The position numbers and the translations under genes were made by a program. Below are positions 35,188 to 44,763 of a DNA stretch of 64,000 bases, one piece after another. Position 1 is the stretch's first letter, and every line of letters begins with the position of its first letter. The notes under the pieces were generated by a model that did no database searches, was not told where the DNA came from, and worked only from the letters and a program-made list of their open reading frames with translations. Location of the stretch: positions 184,137 through 248,136 of IMG/VR virus record IMGVR_UViG_3300040801_004532; one strand, given 5' to 3'.

Positions 35188-36351
35188 TTATTTTATTTTG
35201 CTTGCTTTCTTCTGTAGTTTAGCAATCTTTGCATTGACTCCCGCTTTACATTTTGCGGGATTTTTAGTTCTGGCACACATCGCTTCCGCTTTCTTCATGT
35301 TAGCAATTTGTGAACCAATTGCAGCTTTCTTTGCTTGCGCCATACATGCAGCTTTTTCTGCTCCCTTCTTACCAGCACATGCTTTTGCCGCAGCACTCAA
35401 TTTTGACTTATATAATTTATATGCACCATACGCAATTAAAGCCAGCAGCGCCGCAGCACCAATGGCTTGACCACCTGGAGTTTGAGCAAACTCCTTTGAT
35501 TTTTCAACAGCTGCTCTTGCTGCACTAACAGCATCTGGATAGCTAGCTTTAATTTTATTCATCAAACCAGTAAGTGCTTCTTGCCCCTTTCCAGCTAATC
35601 TCTTTCCAGCAGCTGCAACTTTTTCAGCACCACTCTGTGGACCTCTCATCGCTCCTTTAATTGATGCAGCTTGTGAGGCAGATAAACTTCCCTGACCTCC
35701 AGTGCCGACACCACCTTTTTGAGCTATCATTCTTTGAAGTGAGGGGTCTGTTTTCTTTAAGAACTGTCCCCACCCAATTTTACTTTTTTGAGCGGCAGCC
35801 TTAGATGCTGCTGCAATAGCATCTTTGGCATCTGCGCCCTTAGCAGCAGCTCGTCTAAGAGTTGAGGCAACAGCTTCTGGTGTTGCGCCAGCAGCTTTAG
35901 CAATTTTTCTTGCCCAAGTTGTAACATCAGTTGGAGTCAATGGTGCCTCGCTTATAATCATACTACCAGCTGGAATATCATGAGATTCAGTTATGAACTC
36001 AAGTACCGGCTTTGCTGAAGAGTAAAATGGATAAACTGAGTTGACTTCACAAAGAAAATTAGCTATAAATCCTGTATCTAGTTTTTCAATGATTGGACTA
36101 TTAATTACTTGCTCTCTTAGTTCAGAGAATACTTTTAACTCATCAAGAGTATCAAATTTATTTTCTGGTAATTCATTTCTTACAATCATTGAAATAATTT
36201 GATAATCGCTAGCTTCATTAAAAATAAAGTTTTTTGTTAGCTCTTTCTGTTGTTTATCCAAAGATGATGCATCAACTAAAAGCGATAAAACTTCTCGACA
36301 AATCACGAGAAATTGTAGTGACTCGCTAACTTTACCATTCGTGATAAACAT
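35188..36351 (-). CDS. Ala/Lys-rich probable virion-internal protein, paralog 1 of a 4-Cys 'KNPxKC' family
   Basis: Shares N-terminal (NFIFNEASDYQI) and C-terminal (C..C..C-x2-TKNPAKC) motifs with 52200-52766 and 53271-53768. Confidence 0.6.
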   Translation of the reverse strand: MFITNGKVSESLQFLVICREVLSLLVDASSLDKQQKELTKNFIFNEASDYQIISMIVRNELPENKFDTLDELKVFSELREQVINSPIIEKLDTGFIANFLCEVNSVYPFYSSAKPVLEFITESHDIPAGSMIISEAPLTPTDVTTWARKIAKAAGATPEAVASTLRRAAAKGADAKDAIAAASKAAAQKSKIGWGQFLKKTDPSLQRMIAQKGGVGTGGQGSLSASQAASIKGAMRGPQSGAEKVAAAGKRLAGKGQEALTGLMNKIKASYPDAVSAARAAVEKSKEFAQTPGGQAIGAAALLALIAYGAYKLYKSKLSAAAKACAGKKGAEKAACMAQAKKAAIGSQIANMKKAEAMCARTKNPAKCKAGVNAKIAKLQKKASKIK

Positions 36352-36375
36352 TTTTAATCCTCCGTTCTTTAATTA

Positions 36376-37098
36376 TTAAGTAGCTGAATTAACTGCATTG
36401 CCATTTGAATCAACAATGCTATTTTTCATTGCGTAAACATTATCAGCTAGACTTTGGCATTTTGTTTTTACCCAATCTTCATGCCAAATATAGTCTACGT
36501 TAAATTCAATTTCAACATCAAGACGCCCAACAGTTTCAACATCACTTGTAAATAGATCTTGTGGGTCCTTAGTTGGGAATACACCATCATATGCTGCATA
36601 GTATTCAACTGTTTTTGCATCAGGAGCTGTAGTCCAGTAATACATAATACATGCATATGTTCCTTTGGAATACCCTGAAAGTTGTTCCCCGTCTACAAGG
36701 TCAGTTGTACCTGATCTGTAGTCTCTAATCATCTTGATCCAACCATGGAAAATATTTAGCATTGGGGTTCCGTTAAATTCCAAGAATTTAACTGAAACTG
36801 AGTTTCCATAGTCAATGTTACCTGGTACTGCCCACTTGATTCCGCCCAATCCTGTAAACTCAACCTTGTTTAGAGTTCCTCCTGGAGGTGTAACAGAAAG
36901 ACAAGCTCCAGCTAATAGGTTTCCGATGTCTCCCACGCTTGGTAATTTTGTGTAATCCGGTAATGCAGAAGGTAATTTTGCAAAGTATACAAAATGATAC
37001 CCTGTAACATATGGATCAGCAACACCGGCAACTGTTCCACCAAAGTTACGAGTTGCAAGGTTATTTGGTACAGCGGCGAATGAATTTTTTATTGCCAT
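36376..37098 (-). CDS. Tail tube protein (T4 gp19-like)
   Basis: CLSVTPPGGTLNKVEF..VPGNIDY..SVKFLE..WIKMI..FPT..VEF.VD. Confidence 0.8.
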   Translation of the reverse strand: MAIKNSFAAVPNNLATRNFGGTVAGVADPYVTGYHFVYFAKLPSALPDYTKLPSVGDIGNLLAGACLSVTPPGGTLNKVEFTGLGGIKWAVPGNIDYGNSVSVKFLEFNGTPMLNIFHGWIKMIRDYRSGTTDLVDGEQLSGYSKGTYACIMYYWTTAPDAKTVEYYAAYDGVFPTKDPQDLFTSDVETVGRLDVEIEFNVDYIWHEDWVKTKCQSLADNVYAMKNSIVDSNGNAVNSAT

Positions 37099-37119
37099 TA
37101 TACTATTCCTCCGAGTTGA

Positions 37120-37644
37120 TTAACCAAATTTCATTCTCTTTTTAATTGTTTTAAAGACAGCGTCCCAATTGCCATCTTTAATAAATATCGCTTTATCATC
37201 AATGTAAAAATCAGCAGCCAATTTTTCTGCTGTAACTCGATCAAAATAAATACCGTTTAATTTTAACCAATTCTCAACACTTCTAATTTGATCTATGTGA
37301 TCTCCACCCGTCTCTTTTGCATTTTCTTCTGAAGCCCTTGTTGTAAAGATCACAATTTCATATCCATTATTCTTTAGCCAATCAATCACTTTTTTCGCCC
37401 CTTCAAATGGATCATCATAAATTGTACCATCTTCGTAACCTTTTGAGTACTTATGAATCGTTCCATCTAAATCAATCATCGCTCTTCGACTCATTTGTTC
37501 TACCATAATCCAGTTTTCATTTGGGTAAGCTACCGAGATGACTTGTCTTTTCTTTTTCTTTTTCTTTGTTGGAAACGAATCAATAGCAAAACCACCAACG
37601 GCTTCTGTTCCTTGTAACTTTTCTAGGTATTTTTTTATGTTCAT
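37120..37644 (-). CDS. HAD-superfamily phosphatase with N-terminal extension
   Basis: MIDLDGTI (motif I), IFTTR, K..ADFYIDDK. Likely start ATG 37644 after AAGGA; track start is 37671. Confidence 0.8.
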   Translation of the reverse strand: MNIKKYLEKLQGTEAVGGFAIDSFPTKKKKKKRQVISVAYPNENWIMVEQMSRRAMIDLDGTIHKYSKGYEDGTIYDDPFEGAKKVIDWLKNNGYEIVIFTTRASEENAKETGGDHIDQIRSVENWLKLNGIYFDRVTAEKLAADFYIDDKAIFIKDGNWDAVFKTIKKRMKFG

Positions 37645-37676
37645 TTCTATCCTTATCGGTTGGATACTCATTTTTA

Positions 37677-37688
37677 TTTTGTTCTAAA
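37677..37688 (-). promoter_or_regulatory. Motif A (TTTAGAACAAAA), candidate late promoter
   Basis: Intergenic, 33 nt upstream of the HAD/tube operon. Recurs at 44638, 48085 and 56137. Confidence 0.55.
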
Positions 37689-37721
37689 AAATTACTAATG
37701 TCTCAAGTTTAAAATGACTAA

Positions 37722-37743
37722 AACTATATATATAAATTAGTGA
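37722..37743 (+). promoter_or_regulatory. Motif B (AACTATATATATwAATTAGTGA), candidate early/middle promoter
   Basis: 21/22 identity with 45734-45755. Both copies end 40-41 nt before the first ATG of a + strand islet. Confidence 0.6.
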
Positions 37744-37783
37744 TATAGATGTTTTAACTGTTTTTTTTAAGGAGGTGTACACG

Positions 37784-38158
37784 ATGAGTGCGAGGAGTGG
37801 TTTTTCAATTGGTCAAATAGTTCTATTTATTTTAGCTTTATTATGGTTTTTTGATGATGATGATAAAGAAAACAAAGCGGATGTTAATTCAGATGAGCCA
37901 GAAATAACTCAATCTATTAAGGAAACAGCAGACTCATTAGTAGGCACTATAAATGAAACAGCAGACAAGATTAATGTGGCAGCAGATAATTTTTTAAAAT
38001 CAAAAGAACCCGATAGTAAAGAAACCGAAGGCGAAAAGAAAAATGAAACCCCGCCTGATATAATCGACGACAAAAAAGAAGAAGAAAAACAACTCGATCC
38101 CCCCTTAATTGAGGAAATGGAAAAGGAACAAGAATCTCTAACCGGCAGAAAGCTTTAA
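37784..38158 (+). CDS. Membrane-anchored acidic hypothetical protein
   Basis: Hydrophobic N-terminus IGQIVLFILALLWFF, SD AAGGAGG, ATG at 37784. Confidence 0.6.
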   Translation: MSARSGFSIGQIVLFILALLWFFDDDDKENKADVNSDEPEITQSIKETADSLVGTINETADKINVAADNFLKSKEPDSKETEGEKKNETPPDIIDDKKEEEKQLDPPLIEEMEKEQESLTGRKL

Positions 38159-38167
38159 AGGAGCACT

Positions 38168-39193
38168 ATGGAACAAGCAAGAGAATTGGTAATATTCGAT
38201 AAAATATTTAGAAATGAAAATTATGAACTTTTTTTTAATACCATGTCTGGATTCGAAATTCTTCGTGGTGTAAATGGGAAAGAAGATCCGTTTTGGTTAG
38301 AACTTCCATCTCTATTAGACATTGGAATTATGGGAACCTGCTATCACAATTGTCCATTTTGTTATCAAGGACATATTAAAGAACCAAATATGACTTTTGA
38401 AAATTACAAATGGATAATTAACCAGGTGAAACATCATACAAATCAGGTTGCTCTTGGTGGACGAGGGGACCCAAATAAACATAAGGACTTCAGAAAAATA
38501 GTTGAATATTCCAGGAATAGTGGTGTGGTTCCGAACTATACAACAAGCGGAATCGATCTGACGGATGAAGAAGTGGAGACATCAAAACTATGTGGTGCAA
38601 TAGCCGTGAGTGACTACGAAAAACCCTTTACATACCAAGCCTTAAAAATGTTCATGGATGCAGGTATAAAAACAAATATCCATCAAATTTTCTCATCAGG
38701 AACATTTACAAAATCAATGAAAATAATCTATGGTTATAGTCCATGGCAAAGTCAAAAAAGAGAAAAGGTTGACACTGAAAGATTGAATGCTGTAGTGTTT
38801 CTCCTATTCAAACCTCAAGGAGAAGGAAAAAATATACCAGCATTTATTCCAAGCGAATATCAACTAAAGACATTTTCAGAGATGGTATTAAAAGGCAAAG
38901 CAAAATTCAAAATTGGTATGGATAGTTGTTTGGTTAATCATTTAATAAGATATGCAACTCCAACGGATGGACAAATGATGTCACTTGATACCTGTGAGGG
39001 TGCAAGAATGTCAGCATATATTTCACCTGATTTAAAAATGATGCCTTGCAGCTTTTCAAGAAAAAGCAGTGGAGTACAACTATCAAATAAAAAATCAATA
39101 TCTAATGTATGGGAAAATTCAAGGATTTTCAAATCCTTCAGAAGTAAACTGAAAAGAAAACCGGATAAATGTCCAATAAATTTTGAGGTATAA
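38168..39193 (+). CDS. Radical SAM/SPASM-like protein
   Basis: CYHNCPFC, QVALGG, NYTTSG, C-terminal CEGA..MPCSF..CP. Confidence 0.9.
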   Translation: MEQARELVIFDKIFRNENYELFFNTMSGFEILRGVNGKEDPFWLELPSLLDIGIMGTCYHNCPFCYQGHIKEPNMTFENYKWIINQVKHHTNQVALGGRGDPNKHKDFRKIVEYSRNSGVVPNYTTSGIDLTDEEVETSKLCGAIAVSDYEKPFTYQALKMFMDAGIKTNIHQIFSSGTFTKSMKIIYGYSPWQSQKREKVDTERLNAVVFLLFKPQGEGKNIPAFIPSEYQLKTFSEMVLKGKAKFKIGMDSCLVNHLIRYATPTDGQMMSLDTCEGARMSAYISPDLKMMPCSFSRKSSGVQLSNKKSISNVWENSRIFKSFRSKLKRKPDKCPINFEV

Positions 39194-39195
39194 CC

Positions 39196-39726
39196 ATGAA
39201 GATAAAAACAGACTTTGTAACAAACTCATCTAGTTCATCATTTATAGTTGTTTTTCCTGAAAGGGTAAAATCATTAAACCAAGTAGAAAGATTCATTTCC
39301 CAAGGATATTCAAACACGATATTGAGGGACATAAAAAATCAACAGGCATTAAATGTTAAAAGAAACAGGGAAAAGATAAAAAAACTCTTGATAAAAGAAT
39401 TATGTGATGGAAGTTTAATGGGCAATTATATAGTCCCAGAAAAGGTTGAATATTCTGATTTTCAGAATAAGTTTTGCAAAAGAGAAGGAATTAGCACCAA
39501 AGAATTATATGACAACAAACAATGGTATCACTTATTTCGTGATGAATTTAATCGGGAACAAACAAGGTGGGCAACAGATGCAGCAAACAAGTTTCTTGAA
39601 ACACTTGAAGAAAACTGTTATGTCTATTATTTCCACTATGGAGACGAAGGAGGGGGACTCTACGCACAAATGGAACACGGAGATATCTTCAGAAAGCTCC
39701 CCAATATCAGAATCAGTCACCATTGA
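39196..39726 (+). CDS. Second 'MKIKTDFVTNSSS' family protein
   Basis: N-terminal 13 residues identical to ORF 617-1000. Confidence 0.7.
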   Translation: MKIKTDFVTNSSSSSFIVVFPERVKSLNQVERFISQGYSNTILRDIKNQQALNVKRNREKIKKLLIKELCDGSLMGNYIVPEKVEYSDFQNKFCKREGISTKELYDNKQWYHLFRDEFNREQTRWATDAANKFLETLEENCYVYYFHYGDEGGGLYAQMEHGDIFRKLPNIRISHH

Positions 39727-39772
39727 AAATCAAAACAAAAAACACAAGTTAGATTTTACAGACGGGAATGAA

Positions 39773-40279
39773 ATGGTTTATGAGACATATTGTGCAGTTG
39801 AACTCGTTGCTATTCCGCCAAATTTTGACATTAAAAGTCATTTAACTATGCGAGAACAAGCAGGAATATTCGAATATACAAATGTTAGTATTAAACATCT
39901 TGAAGGCATTTCAATGGGCGTACAAAATACACCTGTTTTTACCCTTCTTAATAATCCAAATGTAGCCTTACAATCTATGATATATTTCTTATATATATTA
40001 GATCAATTAGGATTTATTATAAGAGGAATAGGTAGTGGTTTCCATATGGCTATGCATGGTAATTATGAACAATTGTTACGATCATATGAGCGTGCAAGGG
40101 GAACTGTATATATCCAAAATCATAGAGCAGATACTATAAACTTTGCTATAATAAATATGATTCAAATTCTAAATAATGAAACAATTGAAAAAGCTATAAA
40201 AATCGCAGCTTGTGAATATAATGAACAGAAGCTAGCAACCGAAAAAATAGAATCATTACTCCAAACAACAGGAGGATAG
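39773..40279 (+). CDS. Hypothetical protein
   Basis: Likely start ATG 39773, since the track start at 39446 overlaps the upstream gene by 280 nt. Confidence 0.5.
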   Translation: MVYETYCAVELVAIPPNFDIKSHLTMREQAGIFEYTNVSIKHLEGISMGVQNTPVFTLLNNPNVALQSMIYFLYILDQLGFIIRGIGSGFHMAMHGNYEQLLRSYERARGTVYIQNHRADTINFAIINMIQILNNETIEKAIKIAACEYNEQKLATEKIESLLQTTGG

Positions 40280-40281
40280 AA

Positions 40282-40785
40282 ATGATGCGACGAAGAACAT
40301 TTTGGATTTGTATGGCTTTCATTTCCTTGTGTCTTGTTTTACTCTTCGTTCCGCTTTGTTATAGCGAAACGGACGCGACAAGGATTGGTAAGGTCAAATG
40401 TGTGAACCGAGCCATTCAGGGAGATGATTATATTGAAGTATTGAGAATGGTAGACCCAGATAACCCATTTGTATCAATCTTTTTCACTCGGATAGACTCT
40501 GGAAAAGTATTTGCTATGGCAAACCCGAGTAATACATCTATAGCAACTCGCCTTGTTGGAGAAATTCCAATCGACAAAAATGGTAAAAGGATCATTGATA
40601 CATCTCCTGCTGTCCTTGGAAAATTATCACAATCAATTGGAACCAAGGAGATGAATATAGCTCGTTTCTATGACAAAGAAAAGGATGCATTAGTCTATAT
40701 CGTTTATTCAACAAAATGGCTGGAAGGATCCTTGAAACATTCAATCTCCGTTGTACCATTAGGGAATCCACTAACCTCAAAATAA
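40282..40785 (+). CDS. creA: CreA family periplasmic protein
   Basis: Signal peptide, DPDNP.VS.F, PSNTSIA.R..G.I, YDKEKDALVYIVYSTKWLEGSLKHSISVVP closely follow the CreA consensus. Confidence 0.8.
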   Translation: MMRRRTFWICMAFISLCLVLLFVPLCYSETDATRIGKVKCVNRAIQGDDYIEVLRMVDPDNPFVSIFFTRIDSGKVFAMANPSNTSIATRLVGEIPIDKNGKRIIDTSPAVLGKLSQSIGTKEMNIARFYDKEKDALVYIVYSTKWLEGSLKHSISVVPLGNPLTSK

Positions 40786-40797
40786 GGAAACGAAACA

Positions 40798-41364
40798 ATG
40801 AAAAAAGTGTTACTGGTCGGAATAGCGATGATGTTAATTTTCGTTTCTTCGTCTTATGCAGATTGGTTAGATTTTGATCGTCATGGAACAAGAATTTTCT
40901 ATGGTGTCAATGATATGACGACAATTGGGCCGGATCCTTCAGAAACTGACAAATATTCGTGGGGATCGGTCAGTTATCTTTTAGAAAAAGATATATATAA
41001 ATGGTTATCAATTCAAACGACTCTTGGTGTTGGTTATTTAGAATCAGATATCCAATCCACTCCATCCATCGAAGGACGTATCTTATTAAAGGCTCATTAT
41101 AGTATCTTCCATATATCAATTGGGGGTGGGCCTGCTTATTTGTTTGAAACAGATGATATTCCTGATTTGGCAGATTCACCAATATACGGCATTATATCAG
41201 GAGAAGCAGGAATTCATTTTATCGAAGAAGAAAAGTTTGATGTTAGAGCAGGGTATGCTGTTGAACATCTGTCCTCTCCCCTTCACCAAGGAAAAAAAGG
41301 TGATAATCAAGATCCGGGGTGGAATGTTGGAGGAATCGTCATACAAGCAACGTGGAGGTTCTGA
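40798..41364 (+). CDS. Outer-membrane beta-barrel, PagL/acyloxyacyl hydrolase (lipid A deacylase)-like
   Basis: Signal peptide (SYA-D), alternating amphipathic strands, EHLSS His-Ser dyad, PGWN, C-terminal WRF. Confidence 0.65.
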   Translation: MKKVLLVGIAMMLIFVSSSYADWLDFDRHGTRIFYGVNDMTTIGPDPSETDKYSWGSVSYLLEKDIYKWLSIQTTLGVGYLESDIQSTPSIEGRILLKAHYSIFHISIGGGPAYLFETDDIPDLADSPIYGIISGEAGIHFIEEEKFDVRAGYAVEHLSSPLHQGKKGDNQDPGWNVGGIVIQATWRF

Positions 41365-41609
41365 TGAATGTGGCTCAATGGTTGGCCAAAATAGTAGAAG
41401 AAAAACATAAACACTGCTGTTATAACGGAGGAAAAAAGCATAATTATAAATCCATATGGGAACGACACCCAAGTGGGTTTAAGGCTAGGGAGTGGGAAGG
41501 AACAGTAGCTCAATTTGAATCCTTGGCATTTACAGAAGTTTATATGGGCGAAGTTTGTCGGTGGTGCGGTGATATAATTCATCGAGATGAACTAAAAGAA
41601 AAAACTTAG
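41364..41609 (+). CDS. Small Cys/His-containing hypothetical protein
   Basis: TGATG overlap with upstream stop, SD GGAGG, HCC..H and CRWCG. Confidence 0.55.
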   Translation: MNVAQWLAKIVEEKHKHCCYNGGKKHNYKSIWERHPSGFKAREWEGTVAQFESLAFTEVYMGEVCRWCGDIIHRDELKEKT

Positions 41610-41617
41610 TTCTAACG

Positions 41618-41661
41618 AAAAAAAAGAGTCGAAGGGATTTCTCCCCCCGACTCTTTTTTTT
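41618..41661. terminator. Bidirectional Rho-independent terminator between convergent operons
   Basis: A8-GAGTCG..CGACTC-T8. Confidence 0.85.
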
Positions 41662-41689
41662 GCCTGGCAGTATAGGCTACTAGGCTGGT

Positions 41690-43684
41690 TTATTCGATGA
41701 AGAAGTTTAACAAGATCTGTTCTGTTGTTCTTGTTGGTTGTAGGATTATATCAACATGGAATTTCTTTGTTTTACGTTCATAATCTGTAGCTCCTACATC
41801 AACAGAGTAACTATCAAGACCACGTCTGTTTTTAATATCTTCAAGGAAATCAACAATAGCTGCTGAAACCTGTCCCCATGTAATTTGGTCATTTTGCTCA
41901 AAAATAAAGTTTCGGCAGAATTGCTCAATTGCTCTCTTTGCATAAAGAACAAGTCTTACAATATTTAGATCTTGAAGAGCACTTGCTCTAGCTTGTGAGG
42001 TCAATTGTCCCCAAACAACATACCCATTTGAAAACTTAACAATTGGGTTTAGTTGTTTTAGATATAGCTGATCTCTTTGAGATAGTCTTGGATTAAATCT
42101 CAACTCTTTAATTGAATCAATTGCAGCTCTTTGGAAACCAGCCGCTGCAAACCACAGTTCAGAAACTGTATCATTTCTTGGAATAATATATGACATATGG
42201 TAAATAGGTGAAAACCAAATATCATCTCCTGTAAATGGATCAGATACTTTATTAAATGGTTCATATAATGCAACAAAATAGTTATTGAATACATTAGTAT
42301 CTTGACGAGTTGAAATTGCATTATTGACAGTTGAGTTGTCACCATTGTCCATGATACCAACACAATCTCGTCTGGTTTGACATAGTGTGCTGATAGCTGT
42401 TTTTACATCTGCTGGATAACCAGCATCATAAACTAGGGTGAAGTAAATATTTTCAGTATCAAGTATTTGGTCATCAATAAGTCCAGAATAAGCTTGTTCC
42501 AATAGGGTTGGAGCTGAATATGGGTACCAAGTTCCACCTGGATCTGTTGCTGGAGTTTCAATATTTAAAGAACCATTTGGTTTTCTTAGACTTCCTTCTG
42601 ATCCTTTCTTTAAAGGTTTTGGATCTCCAGAAATAAATGGAGTGGCAACACTTGCATATGACTCTTTAATTAGGTAAGTAATATCTGAGTTTACATCAAA
42701 TGATGTAGTATTTCCATTCCATCCTGTTGTTGCTCCAGTTAGATTTCTATCTGAGAAGACATTGATTTCATCACCAACACTTCCCCCTGAAGCTCCCAAC
42801 CAACCCCAAATCTCATTTCCTCTTCCATCCTTTGCAATTACTACATAATTTGCGTTTCCTGTTTCTGGATTTGTTTCCCAGTCAGAGAAATCCTGCTTAT
42901 TATCTGTAATCTTAGCAGAACCAGCTGTTAAAGTAACAGAAACAGTACCAATGTTATTATCGTAATTCTTTGCGATTAAATAATATCCATCAGTATAATC
43001 TTCATTTGATAGAACCATTTCAGCCCGTAATACAGTTGAATAATTTTCAAGAATGTTTGCGATGAAAATTGAATCGCCCGCTGAATCAACTGCTTCTGGA
43101 TCAAATGAAACTTCAAAAGACTCAATGATAACATCTTCGCCATCTGATTGTTTTTCATAAACATCTAGAACATAGACGCCATTTAATGTTGGGTTTGAAT
43201 GCTCCGTAAATCTTACACCAAGAGCGTTATAGTAATCACCTCTACCAATTGGTCTGATGATACAAAGAGGTTTTACATCCCCTGATGTTTCAAGTTGTGT
43301 TTTAATATCGTTTTCATCATTTAGTGTTGCGTCGTAATCAACCCAAACAACTGTTGTAGCATCTGCTGGGGCAAGTCTTGTGTTGATTCTGATAAACGAA
43401 TATGCAGCATCATCTGGAAGCAATCTCATCCAGTATAAACCACCAGACTCACCTAGATGATTATAAACGACATATGGAGCTTGACCATAATTCTTTGTAT
43501 AATCTTTAATATCCGGTTCGCCCCACTCTGCAATAAAGTCAGATCTTGAACCTACAAAGATTAATTCGTTATCTCTTCCTTTTCTTGTAAAACCACTTAT
43601 AAATCCAATGGTTGAAGGAACCACTTGGATATATTGTGATAAATCTATGATTTTGGTAAAAACACCTGGCGAAACATTTGCCAT
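41690..43684 (-). CDS. Contractile tail sheath protein
   Basis: SPGVFTKIID, GDYYNALGV, YDAG, ELWFAAAG..RA, RDQLYLKQLNPI, LNIVRL, FIFEQND. Confidence 0.95.
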   Translation of the reverse strand: MANVSPGVFTKIIDLSQYIQVVPSTIGFISGFTRKGRDNELIFVGSRSDFIAEWGEPDIKDYTKNYGQAPYVVYNHLGESGGLYWMRLLPDDAAYSFIRINTRLAPADATTVVWVDYDATLNDENDIKTQLETSGDVKPLCIIRPIGRGDYYNALGVRFTEHSNPTLNGVYVLDVYEKQSDGEDVIIESFEVSFDPEAVDSAGDSIFIANILENYSTVLRAEMVLSNEDYTDGYYLIAKNYDNNIGTVSVTLTAGSAKITDNKQDFSDWETNPETGNANYVVIAKDGRGNEIWGWLGASGGSVGDEINVFSDRNLTGATTGWNGNTTSFDVNSDITYLIKESYASVATPFISGDPKPLKKGSEGSLRKPNGSLNIETPATDPGGTWYPYSAPTLLEQAYSGLIDDQILDTENIYFTLVYDAGYPADVKTAISTLCQTRRDCVGIMDNGDNSTVNNAISTRQDTNVFNNYFVALYEPFNKVSDPFTGDDIWFSPIYHMSYIIPRNDTVSELWFAAAGFQRAAIDSIKELRFNPRLSQRDQLYLKQLNPIVKFSNGYVVWGQLTSQARASALQDLNIVRLVLYAKRAIEQFCRNFIFEQNDQITWGQVSAAIVDFLEDIKNRRGLDSYSVDVGATDYERKTKKFHVDIILQPTRTTEQILLNFFIE

Positions 43685-43873
43685 TAGCGTATCCTCCTGT
43701 TTATTATCTTTTCTCTAAAATATAAGTGAGTTGCCTTTTCAATAACAACAACGATCTCCTTGAAACTTTTTCTTCTTAAATAATTTCTCTATATTTTAAG
43801 ATACGCTTTCCAAAATGATCTACCTATTGCTAGGTAAATCAATTTCTTCCTTGATTTTCCTTTTACATTAAGT

Positions 43874-44593
43874 TTACAAATACAAATACCATACAAAAAT
43901 TAATCTTCTCTGAGCTGTTTTAATTAATGATGGAAATGTAACACGTGCAAAAATGCTAAATTGACCACTATATGCCGGCGCAGTACTTTCAGCAGAAAAT
44001 AGTCCTGCCTCACTCAATTGTTCTCCATTTGCGTCATTAACCCCAACTGTTATTTGAATTTTTACAACCAAAAGTTTATCATCATTCAATGCATCGGCTT
44101 CAAATGAAGGATTGCCTCCCGGGACTGAGTCAAAGGTCTTTTTATAATAACCTGTTTTTGGATAAACTCCACCAGAAGGAGTTGGATCACCCATAATCTG
44201 CCAATCACCATAACCAGCAGCAGTAGAATCAGTAATCATAACCGGCGAAGCTAAGCCAGTATCTGTAATAATTGGAGGAACAGGATCAAGAGGATCAGCG
44301 GGTCTAACTCCCCCCTCTCCAATTCCAAACCAAGAAACATATTCATCTTTTGTTGGGGTTGCAGATGAATTAACATTTACTAATCTTTGAGCTAACATTT
44401 CTCTACCAAGATATAAAACTAAATTGCTTTTATGGACCAACTTTTTATTTCCAGTCTCATCCGCTTCAAAGATTTGAACTTCACCTTGTGGTCTTCGTTC
44501 AGAGGCCTTGGGCGAATTACCCATACCATCACTCAAACAATTATCGCCATAGATCTCTTTGATAACAACCTCTGTGTCTTTAGTTTTGCTCAT
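43874..44593 (-). CDS. Probable tail/baseplate-associated protein (DUF3751/tail-fibre-proximal-like)
   Basis: WFGIGEG, LSEAGLF..IFARVTFP..K. Confidence 0.5.
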   Translation of the reverse strand: MSKTKDTEVVIKEIYGDNCLSDGMGNSPKASERRPQGEVQIFEADETGNKKLVHKSNLVLYLGREMLAQRLVNVNSSATPTKDEYVSWFGIGEGGVRPADPLDPVPPIITDTGLASPVMITDSTAAGYGDWQIMGDPTPSGGVYPKTGYYKKTFDSVPGGNPSFEADALNDDKLLVVKIQITVGVNDANGEQLSEAGLFSAESTAPAYSGQFSIFARVTFPSLIKTAQRRLIFVWYLYL

Positions 44594-44637
44594 TTTTTAA
44601 GATATCCTTCTCTAATGGAATCGAAATATACTTTATA

Positions 44638-44649
44638 TTTTGTTCTAAA
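44638..44649 (-). promoter_or_regulatory. Motif A copy, candidate late promoter of the sheath operon
   Basis: TTTAGAACAAAA, 45 nt upstream of the ATG at 44593. Confidence 0.55.
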
Positions 44650-44677
44650 TAATACACTCGTTTAGTTCCAACCGACG

Positions 44678-44739
44678 AAAAAAAATGGAGAGAGATGAAA
44701 GATGAAGCTCCATCTGTTCAAAAATCATCTCCCCCCATA
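44678..44739 (-). terminator. Terminator with an extra internal hairpin
   Basis: On the - strand: ATGGGGGGAGATGA..TCATCTCTCCCAT-T tract, enclosing the stem AGATG-GAGCTT-CATCT. Confidence 0.65.
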
Positions 44740-44763
44740 GGAATCCTACACAATACTGTTGTA

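Noticed and set aside
43685-43873. Hidden ORF in the 190-bp gap before the sheath gene
   Set aside because: Only very short frames without convincing starts. A 6-bp GCAA-loop hairpin (43820-43835) is too small to call.
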